Origin: Lenisia limosa
Lineage: Eukaryota; Protista; Breviatea
Direction of reading: 5' to 3'
Length of the DNA stretch: 40,838 bases
NCBI GenBank assembly: GCA_001655205.1
Contig: LPNZ01010565.1
Coordinates: 1 to 40,838, forward strand
Each line of letters begins with the position of its first letter. The stretch's first letter is position 1. A program made the translations under genes and the position numbers. This document shows, piece after piece, positions 24,301 through 36,300 of the stretch. The notes below the pieces were generated by a model that was given only the letters and a program-made list of their open reading frames with translations, was not told the DNA's origin and did no database searches.

Positions 24301-27300
24301 TGCTTCAATTCCAAAATAAGACATGAAAACATCCAAGTTAATCGAGAATTTATCGAAAATTCCCGCTTGTGGGGACAGAAGGGAAAATTTAATCACAACC
24401 ACCATCTAATCACAAAAATCAGATCAAGACGACATGAGTATCAAAGTGCTCAAAGTATATACAAATGAAATTCTATGTTGAAAAACTCACAAGATGAACA
24501 AGTGAAGTGAAATTGTTTAATGTGTCACCTTGAAGATAGGGTCACTTCATCAAACAATACCCCAAGACTCAATTTAATTAGCCAATATAAGAGGTCGATA
24601 ATATGAACTATTTTGTTGAGGTATTGTTTTGGGATCAAAGATATACTATCAGTAAAACCATTGGATTCAAAATGGGCCGAAACCATGAAGGAGTAAATAC
24701 TCAATATCTCAACATACGTGTTCTCATTGATGGCTTCGACTCCATCGGGAACGTAACTTCCGATAATTTCCGGCGACACACATTGTGTGCCATCAAGAGA
24801 GACCAGCGGGTTGCAGGGCTGGCAAGTGGAAAAAGGCCCTGATTGGAGGTGGTAATCAGAGAAAACCAATGTGATAAAGAATAAAACGTATACCGTGACC
24901 ACAAAGTTATCGCTATCAATATATTCTCTGCATAAAAAAACACCCAAAACTAAGACTGCGTGAAATCAATTTATTGAAGAAATTAATTGACAAAATTTGA
25001 AAATAAAGTATCTGAAACGAGGTTTGTATCAAAATATGTCGCTTCAAACTTTGCAATTAGTTATAAATTAATATCATGAAGTCCTATTCCTAAACACACC
25101 AGTATGAGGTCCTCTCGCAGTGCCTGGGGGGCAAGGTTCACAGAGGGTTTGGCCATCAACAGCCTGAGTTCCATAGGGGCACAGGCATCCCAGTACTCCG
25201 GAGTCAACGTATGGCATTGTCTGAGCAATGAGGCTAATATTTAGTTTCTTGTACATTGATAGTATGTTCAAAGTAGGCTTTTGATTGACAACAAAATAAT
25301 GTTTTATGTACAGAGACAAAGCTTAATTATAAATCAAACACAAAATATTTCAGAGTATGTATATTATATACATATATGTGATATCAAAACACAGAACTCA
25401 ATAGTTTTTGGAAAGCTCACCGCAGGAGAAATGTCAGGACCAGGATCAGGGCAGGTTAGATAACTTCCATCCGAAGAAATGTAATTCCTTGACAAGCCAC
25501 ACAGTTGCGTTGTATAATCTACTCTGAATCCTGGAAGTATGAAGAAACCAACTCGATTGTTTTCCAAAATACCGAATTAAGGACCCAATATCTGGCCTCG
25601 AAAAAGGCTGATTATATTGAAAATTACCCGATATACGCATCAAAATTATATCAGTCTAAATCGGACCAAAGAGAAGCCCTAGTCCTACCTGGAAGACATG
25701 GACGGCATTGGTCTGGGCCTATTGCCTCATGGTGCAGTGGGCAGCGGCTAAATAATAAATGAAAAAAAGGTTGAAAGGAACGCCTAATGAATTATATTAG
25801 AAATAACGAGTTCATAAAGACAATATCAAATTTAATAGTGTCATTAGAAAAACGGCCAAATGAAATAGAAAACGAATTGAATCATGATAACAGAAAAAAA
25901 CGGTAAAGACATTGAAAAACGTTATAATAACGACATAAGAAAATGTCAAGAATAATAATTAAAAACACCAATTAAGCAGTACACTGGAAAAACAATTTAA
26001 TCAAGTTATTTGATAAATGATTGAATTAATACTATAACTAGGAAAATGCTAAGTGGGAAAGAAGTACAATGGAGAAGACTAAATAACGCTAGGAGGCGAG
26101 CAAATAATAAGAATTAGGAACTATGGAACAACAGCTTCTAGGGATTCAAATAACTAGTTTGACAAAGTAGTGCAGAAAATGGCATTTCCGATAAGACTCC
26201 CTTTACAGCTCCAATTATCTCAATCCATGTTTAATCTGCTCACCAGTCAGAGAAGGAGTCATGATCAAGAGGATCAGTGGAGATCGAAATATTCCGTCCA
26301 GGGGGACACTGAATAAGGTGATTTAATATGATAAAAAAGGTAGCACTTGATAAAGGTAATTTGTTATGATATATATTTGTGGGTCCTCAAAGCTCCGGAA
26401 ATCATTCAAAATTCCCGGACACATCAAAACTCCCAGACAGCTTGAAGTTGACACCTTGTATAGGCCATTGCTAGTGTTTCTTGAAAAAATGCTTCGACAG
26501 ATACATAGAGAAATGAACCTCCTAATGTTCCCTAACTTTTTTTTTCAATTTTGAGCAAATGTCATAAATCCGTGAATTTGGTCTCCCGAGGGCCCCCCTT
26601 TTGCCTTTTCACAGGATTTTTTTCTGAATCTTACCCTCTTTTAGTGTTAAGAACAAAAATATTGTACCCCTCGGAGTAATTGGTTCCGGGTTCCCATTTG
26701 CTTTGGCTATGTAATGGTGAATTTTGAGGAAAAAATGCTAAAAATAGCACTGTCTACAGGGGTAAACTTTCAGATAGTTGCCATTTATTCCTTGAATGTG
26801 GCCTTTTATAACGGTTTTTGCTTGTTTTTGACCGTGTTTGGACTGTAAATAGAGAGCTTAGGGACTTAATTTGGTTTTGACCCGATAATATGTAAAATTG
26901 GGGTTCCATTATTTGATTAAGATTGAGATTACTTTGAGAAACAGAAGGGAAATAGGGTTTCTGGGTGGTTTATGGTGATTTTGTATGGAAAACTCAAGCT
27001 GTCCGGGAGTTTTGATGTGTCCGGGAATTTTGAATGATGTCCGGAGCTTTGACTATACATATATATATATCATATATATATATATATATGGCAATGAGAA
27101 ATAAAAAAAATAAGGTAGTATCTGACCGAAGTCGTCCACACCATCACGCTAATCAGAGATATTGGATTATAGTATAAAAATTAATTAATGTGATATGATA
27201 GAAAAGTGGACATTAAATAATATAAAAAATGTGATAGATTACTATGTTAGACTTTACTCTCAACACACCATCTTGCAAGGTTCTCCAGGGGTTGGGTTAT

Positions 27301-30300
27301 ACGATCCTGGGGGGCACACATCGCACGAGTTAGATGCAATTTTGCGCTCAGTACCTAATATGGTAAGTGTTCTAAATGTAGCGATTGAAACTATTGACGC
27401 CCAGCAGTTCATGACAATAACGCTTATAGCAACATAATGTACTGTGCAATAAAAAGGAAAGCTTGAAGTTTACTTGCCAAAAAATTTACTATCCAAGATT
27501 ATATCAATTATAATCAAGTGTCAAATAAAAACCAAGCTTAACTCCAATAAAAAAAAAGACAGGTAAACTGTGAAACTATAGCATTGATTTATCGAGTAAT
27601 TCCGTTATTACATGAATCAGAGTAAAGAGATCTCTATGTGGATCTAATTAACTTACCAGGACGGCACAGAGCACAGACACTGCGGGGGAAGAATGGATAA
27701 TGCTGGAAGAGATAAAAAAAGAGAAGCAAATTCCGGAGAATGTAATTTAACAAAACACTGAAAAGATAAGATAATTTGAATGACTCGATTTTGATCAACT
27801 AACCTGAGGGGTGTGCATGGTATCTGAACATAAACAGCTTCCTAGGCCGACTCTACCAGCGCCTTCGGAGAGCGAACCTTCCGAGCACTACGTATTATAA
27901 GATAGTGTAACAGATGTATACTTAAACACAAAACTAGAAATAGTTTATTACTAGAAGGATGCGAGAACTTAAAGTATTGTGAGAGGGTGAAATGTGTATA
28001 CAAGGAAGGCGAGCTCTAAGATTAATACAGCATTGAATATTGTATAAATAAAAACAGAGAGGTTATTAATTGACAAATATATCATATCATATGTAGAGAT
28101 GGAAAATAACAAGTAAGGGGTACCTTGGCGAATCCCTACATACCATCACGATGATAGTAAATGCTTAAATATTTAGAGATCAAAACAAAAAACAAATGAA
28201 TTGAAGTGTAGATATCGAGAAAAAGAGTAAATGATACAATCATGATCAAACGGGGTGCAACAAAGTAATAGAATATTGCCATTAGGTTGCCAAGAATCTC
28301 AATTCCCACATTGAAACATTTACCGGGTATTCTGGCATCACTGTACGTATTATTTGGGCACGGAAAACATCCTGGAAGGGGCGGGGGGGGGGGGNNNNNN
28401 NNNNNNNNNNNNNNNNNNNNNNNNNNNNNNNNNNNNNNNNNNNNNNNNNNNNNNNNNNNNNNNNNNNNNNNNGAACAAACAAGGGTTTAAGGCAAAAAGA
28501 TAAACCAAAGGCAGCAGCGCAGTAGCTCCGCATCCCATTTAAATGGAATTTTTATAAGTATTAACATGGAAAATTTACAAATAAAAAAAAAACTATCTAA
28601 CAAATTATTGTGAATCAAAAACAGATGGTTGGATCTGAGGATTCAGAGTATTATTGAAACTTATCATACAATTATCACACGAGTGGATCTGTTGCAAGTC
28701 ACATAAATTAAATGATGTAAGAGATAGTGTGGTTCTCTATTACAAAGGAAATAGCTCTATATTAGTTTCAGGAGTTTTGTGTCAGTTCTTGTTGTGTCCT
28801 ACAAACCAATAACACTTCCCTAAAAACAACCTCAGTGTATATCGGGTCTTACCTGCACCAGAGGAAACGGTGCCGGTACCGGGAGGACAGTATTTGCATT
28901 TGCCATCAAAGAGGGCTGTTCCAGCTGGGCATTTGCTAAGGGGGTGGGGGTGAAATTGTTTATGACCACAAAAACCCAAAATCAACTCTGTTGGCTGACA
29001 ACACATAAGTGTTGAAAACATCAAAACAAAAAAAGCCCAGGCCAGTCGCTTCTGCAGTACCACATGTGAAGTTTGAATATTTTTTAAAAAAACAAACTCA
29101 ATTCTAGATGTAAGTAAGGGTGGGGTGGAATTGAAATATACTGGGCTTTGGTGATGACTTACTACTGGCACTACATATTGGCCACAACTATGAAACCAGG
29201 TTGACCAAAGAATAAAACAATCGTAAATGCCCGAGTATGTTTAATGAAAGTTTTCTTACAATAATAGCAACATTAGCACCCGATTGCAATCATATGTTTA
29301 GAGACTAATTCAGCTTATCTGTGATTTAAAACAAATTTAAATAGGAATTGGAAAAAAAAAATATTTTAAGAAGCTTTTATTTGGAACAACCAACAAACCA
29401 TAGTGATGCGGAATCGAAGGGGTAAATAGAGGGCGCATTAAATCCGCACTGTGACGGTAAAGCGGGGGTGGGAGGGGGACATGAAAAAATAACAGTATTA
29501 TTAAACAGCTATCTTGGCAATAACTAAAGACTAGACGGATGACTGTGATGACTGTTATTCTGAAAAAGACCATTAGTTTTTAATCTATTTGAAGAGATAT
29601 AAAGCCTAGCATAGAATGATATCATTCAATTCATGTTATCAGTAAACCAGCCATTTACACCACCAACATGTGTAACTTCAGTAGAACCCTCAGTATCGCA
29701 ATATCCAGCGGAACAAACCTGGGTAATGAATACGGTTTTGATTATTTTGAATAGACAAGCTTAATCTTTTTAAAAGAGGAGTTGCTACTGTTTTTGGATA
29801 AAAAATGACATTGCAAATCCACATACTCGACAGTTAAGGTCTCCTGCCTCAGAGAAATAACCCTTCGGGCAAATCTGGCACCCTAAGATGTAAATAAAGG
29901 AACAAAATTGCAATGTGAATAAAAGAAATAACAACAATTTATAAAACAGAAACCCAATTCAAATACTTTCGACGTTAGAAAAAAATACCATGAGGAATGT
30001 ATGATTATCTTTGATACTAAACTTTTTGCATTGTATGTGACTATGATACATAATATCAATATATTTCGCATTAATGGGTTATTTAAAGTTGATATTTCTA
30101 TTGAGGAAACCACACACACCACCAACCCGTTTCAATAGGCTCATAACCGGCGGGGCATTCGCAGAAAGAGTTAGCGCTATTTGGAACGGTACCGTTGGTA
30201 CACTACGAAGGTGAATACAAATATACATACAATGTCATATCATAGTAAAAAATTTAGAGATGAACAATTAAACATGGCTGTATCTGGCAAAAGCAGTCCA

Positions 30301-33300
30301 CCATCACGCTTATTAATGATTTTTTAATTATTGATGATATAATTATTTGCCCTATGATATGTACGTGAGTTTATTGTATTGTTTAGCACCCAAAAAATGA
30401 CAAAAAGATATTGAAGATATTCCAGACAAAAATAATACAATGAAACAAAATGCTTCCGACAAAACCGCGTAAATAATTCACAATGGTAATTAAAAACCAA
30501 TAGTAGCTACCCAATCCCGACCCTGGTGCAATTGAAAACGGGTGATAGTCCGTCAGAAATTCCGAATCTTGGTGATAGGGGGTCACTGGAACAGTTGATG
30601 CACAAGGAACTGTTTAGATAGTACGTTCCTATGCGGTTAAAGCAGGTCTGGAAACCAGATTGTAATCTTCAGCGAGTCCCATGAATTTGGGTCAAAAAGA
30701 AGCCAAAGTAGGTACCCAAAATCATCTGTGGAGAAAGCTGTTTATTCCGAGGTGACATCCTGACAATACGTTGTAACCCAATGCCTCAATGATTTTTTCG
30801 GACATAGTGAAGCTATACTTATAGTGTCAATTAATATTACATGTACATATATTATGTGACAAACCATTCCAGCTTTCCAAAAACAAAAATAAAAAAAACC
30901 TACCTATCGGACACACAACGCAACTCGAGCCTTGTCTGACATATCCGTGATCACAAATACTTGAATGATAAAAGAAACAGAAGATCACAAAAGCAAGTTG
31001 GCGAAATAGAATTAAGTAGATGGTGAAAAATGCAAAATATTGTGTGGTGATATAAGGCAAACCAAGGAAAAAAGCGAGATGTTAGTAGACTTATGTTAAA
31101 ATCACAAAAAATACAAAAATAATATAATAAGAGAATTAATAGAAAACACAAGGAAAACAGGCTAACCATGATGACGAGTCAAGGTCGGGAGTACTATTGA
31201 CACCACACTAATTAAAAATTAATAATCAGGAAATCAGTGAATAAATAAATTATGAATTTAGATACAATAACATATCTACGACCTATCACAGACGTATCGC
31301 TCCCCTATCACATTGAAATCACAGACCTATCACCCCCCCCCCCNNNNNNNNNNNNNNNNNNNNNNNNNNNNNNNNNNNNNNNNNNNNNNNNNNNNNNNNN
31401 NNNNNNNNNNNNNNNNNNNNNNNNNNNCTTTTAGGGAGTGGCTTAATCCGCCACACATGGTACATAATGGGAAGTTGCCTAAACCGTCGCGACAACGACT
31501 GTATTGTTATGTATTTGTAGGTCTGGAGGGGGTAAAAGTGTAGGTTTTAATTCTAAAAAAAAATAGTAAAAAATGTATCATATGTTGGAAATAGCATACT
31601 AAGTACACTAAGTACACATAGATATTTAACAATATAACACGTTGCATTAATATGAAAGTAATGCAAACACTATAAAGATGCAACCAAGCCTACCACGTGA
31701 CGTTGTCGTCAGTCACCTGTGATCCTCCACCGCCGCATTCTTGGCATGTAGACTGAAACAAGGATTAAGGGAACATAATTACTACGACTCAGTACAAATA
31801 CAAGATGTGGGAGTTTGGTTGGGTGGATGGGTGTGATGGAGGGTTGTGGTTAGAAGTGCGTGAGGAGGAATGGGAGGGCAGTAGACTAAATATCTAGATA
31901 TGAGGGCAACCGAATAGTTGTAGTGTTTTTTGTAAACTCATTAATCTCAAGTATACTCCTTGCAGTTGATATTCTGAATTAGTTCTATTTGTAAAGTATG
32001 AATTGAAAGGCTCTGAAATAGTCTTTTCGTTACACTATTTCGTCTTTAAATTTCAAACTCCCATCACCACCGCCCCCCTATCAGACCCCTCACCTGTCCA
32101 TCAATAGGAACTGACATTCCAGGGCATTTTTGGCAATCAAGATCATATCGCATTTGATCTGCGACCTACAGCAAGTTAAATGAAGCAAATGAATGAACTA
32201 ATAATGATAAATGTCTCACATTTGGAATAAGTTATAGTTGCAGTCCAATAAAAGAGTAGTACTCACATCATCGGTTCAAAAAAAACCCGATGGTATCTCG
32301 ATAGTTTTCAACGATACTCAGAAAAATGCAGTTTTTTTTCTCCAACTCACATCAATAAAGGTGGGGCATGCACCGTAGAAGTCAGGGTCATGACGCTTTT
32401 GGTTCGAAGAAGGGTCCATCTCTGAGCTTCTTCTGCTCACTATGTATGTAACTTATTAATACATCCCCCACATATTTTTTTTGTATGCTAGGCTTTTTTA
32501 TTTAGGGGGTGGGGAATCCTTAATTAATTATCTTGCTTTCAACAAAAAACCAATCACAAACTTGGAGCAGTTGCGAGGCGATATGAATCAGGAGGGCATT
32601 CTAGAAAGGATGAGGTGGCATCTTGAATATTCGAAAGGTAGTAGTATCATACAGATATACATATCTTACCTCACAATAGAGTTATAACTACAAAAGAGAG
32701 AGGAAAACAAATGGGACGAATATGATACTAGGAATACACTTCCGCCCCACGTTGACATTCTGCTGCGGATTCCGAGTAAAAGTGGCCGTTCGTACATGAG
32801 CTGCATGGTGTTAGGCGTATCACCAGAGTATTTGATAACTACACAACTCCAATAGTGTAACAATACTGATTGACAATTCATAAGGTTACTAATTTCGTTA
32901 AAATTACATAATAATCGAGATGATGGAAAACTTACCATTCTGTTCCGCTTTTCTGTGTAACTCCGGAGGCACACTGAAAAGTTAAATTTCAATTTTAGTC
33001 AAGAAAATAGAGTGGCACTATCTTGATTAATATAATAAAGAACCTGTCCATTGTTGGATAAAAGTAACCATAAGCTACATATCTATTATGAAAACATCAT
33101 TAAACACAAATAGCACTCCCTCCACAACTTAACACCCAATATCAAAAAAAAAGTCATCTCACACACTGTAGTAGCTATATGATATATTGAGATGTTTATA
33201 CTACTGTATACGACAATGACTCCTACCGGAGTGCATATGTTGTCAGTTACAGTGCCTCCATCACAATGGGTCATGGTAACCCCGTCACAAGTGCTGTCAG

Positions 33301-36300
33301 CATGGCATTCTAGATGGATAAGAAAGATACGGAAAATCCCTATATTTTTGTAGAAGTCAGTATTGAAATTGTATTCATAAAGTCCCTCAACTTTCCATTG
33401 ATATTTCGCAATGATTGTGAAATTCCATCGTGGAATCACTTATATTTCTACTTCCTACCTTGACATGCAGATACGGTTTGTATCTCAAACTGTCTGTCAA
33501 CACCATTCCACACGTTCTGCTGCACTAAAACAGATGAAGTTTGGCAGCTTTAATAAGTTGTACAGAAGAAAATACTGAAGGAAAGATGTCAAATGAGTTA
33601 ACAGCAATTTTTGCCATAGCTAAATAAAGTACAAGATCATGGTCTTTATAGAATAGACACCATTGTGTGTGTGTGTGATATACAACAAACTATCAATAAA
33701 AATTTCTCGTACCTGAAAAGGGAAAGTACTCGCTTTGATACTGGGTCTCTAGGCATGATGAGGATTCCTGAGAGGATTATTACGTACTTATAACGACTCA
33801 ACCATCCTCAATAACACTATCCGCATCTGACAAACTATGTATATTTGTGTCAGATGTCAGATGCGGATAGTGTTATTGAGGATGGTTTATTTTTTTTTCA
33901 AAATTGGTTTGTGGAGGATATCTCTCGTATCTTAAATGATCAAAAAATTAGAATTTAAAAAAGACGGAGGGACAGAGAGGAGTAGGAAATCGGCTTCATC
34001 CAGTCAAAAACAACAAAAAAAAAAGAATTCCTTAGCCAACCTCAAAAAAGTTGAAATCATTGAGCGCATATGCCCCAAGTACGTCTGGAGCTGCAAATAA
34101 TGATTAAAACAGTCCGCTATGATATAAATGAGGTGAAGATAATCAACTGTTAATTGGGATATTGCTGGTGGTTGTTAATGTTACTTTGCCAACTCCAATA
34201 ATGTAGGAGGGGAATAATCCAAATTGTGATTTTATAATAAATAAAAAAAAAATTCAAAGAAAATAATATAATTTGACTGAACATCTTACTCTCCCCCCGC
34301 GACTTACTTCGGACTGTTGTACACGAATAATCTATGAGCCTTCCAATAGACAAATACCCGACTTCAGCAAAGAACTCTGAAAAGCGATTTGAAGGGAATA
34401 ATTTAGGAAAATGTCCCGATTGATAGAGGAAAGATAATCATCACGTTTGCATGCGATATGGTGGTTGCTCAATTAAATAATTGTATGTAATTAACTCCAC
34501 ATCCGAAAAACAACGTTATTTATAACTTTTGAGCGGAAATTATGACTAAACACACAAATAAAAACAACTGTCAGAACTAACTAGTTTACAATAAAACCAA
34601 ACAGAAAAAAGAAGTAGCAGCGCGAAGTTAAAAAAGAAGTAGTATAGCAAGTAGTACTCAGCGCAGTTAAATATTAATTGCAAAATTTGAAGTGAAAAAC
34701 ATAAACTCAATTCAGACACATTGTTAATTTCTTCAAAATAATTTCACGGAGTACTATTCGTAGGTCATACCTGTTTGTATACGAAAGAGCTGTGCCGCTG
34801 GTAGATCGAATTCGAATGTTTTTCCGAGCGCGATCAATTGCACTCTAAGCATGTAAAAGAGAAATTTCTGCCTTAAATTGGTCGTGTTTATTGTATCAAA
34901 TTGAAAAAAAACTCATCTTTCTCAATCAACAATAAGCTAATACCGTATTACATCTATATCTTAATAAATCAATTTGTAAAGCTTCAAATTCATCTCAACA
35001 GAAGGTATATAAACCAACAGTTTGATTATCAAAAACATTACAAATCAGTATTATTGTTGACGAAAAACAATAAACCTGTCAAATCCGGATGATATCCAAA
35101 CTGGTACCACTAAGTGTAAAGAATCTTATAAATGTGCTGTGAAGAACTTTTACTCTTTTAGCCAAAAGTATTGCATAGAGCTCAGTTTAGATTGCACATT
35201 AAATATATTCTAGAGACAAAAACAGCCCCACCAACTTTTCCACGCCTGAGTAGAGGAATGAGATAAAGGAGATTCCGATCAGCTTATCGCGCTAAAAGTG
35301 ATAAGTGATCAACTACGGTCCAAAAAAACAAGAACTGCCAAGAAATTCTCTCGTTCATTTTGATAAAAATCAATACTTTCTTCTTCGGGTGACATTGACG
35401 CCATAATGAGAACCTGCTATCGACCTCAAACAGCGCAATTCGGCTTATGGGTAGTCATTTATTTGTTGTATCTCTTTCTTTTATTAAATTCCTCGATTCT
35501 ATTTCATGCAAGAAGTCAGTAATCACCTCCCACCTCGTAGGCAAATTGCTTGGTCAAAACTATGCCATTGAGACTAACAATGACTTGGATCTCGGATTTA
35601 GACAACTTCACCTCGATAATAGCGAATGGTGTTTCTGAAGGAGGTTAAGAGAGAGTAAAAACAGAAAATTTATGGAAGAAAAAAAGAGACCAAAATCAAC
35701 TAAGTTGGCTGAAAACACATGATGGTTGATAAAATCAAAACAAATAAACACCAAAGAAACATAAAAGTTTAATATCAACTTATTGGGTTTTTTGGATCGA
35801 AGTTAAGCTCTACCCACCACAATATATTATCATGACCCATGAGATCAAGCTAATACTTGTCGGTGTGATATTGGAAATGAAAGAAGAAATTTTGCTGCTT
35901 GATCATATCATATTATACAGTATATACAGTATATATGTGATATAATTATATATATAGTATATAATATAATCATATTATCATATGCATATCATATGTAGTA
36001 GTATAATATATGTATATATATATACATATATATATATCGATATATATTATATATACATGTATATATTATAGATAAAGTCTTAATTAGAACAGCAGAAAAC
36101 ACACCAAATAAAACCATCGCCTACCAAAGTCGAAAAATGATAGAAAAGGAAGAAAGGTGTCGCCAAGAGTGCTGCTGTTTGTGACACTAAACAAAATACT
36201 ACACAAGTGAATGATGAGGAAAAGTGGCACATTCCATTTGGTTGGGGGAATTATCATTAAAATAAATCAAGGTATGATATCATCATATCAGATTTTATGG

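Noticed and set aside
24528-24570. Candidate phase-neutral exon LGVLFDEVTLSS
   Set aside because: The acceptor is weak, and direct joining gives ENTVCPPGHF, which fits the repeat.
33040-33075. Candidate exon AYGYFYPTMD
   Set aside because: The phases do not fit; direct splicing of 33227 to 32973 gives the canonical CTPCASG.
34301-34316. gacttacttcggac as a MITE fragment
   Set aside because: It is simply the GTAAGT donor of exon 34308-34376.
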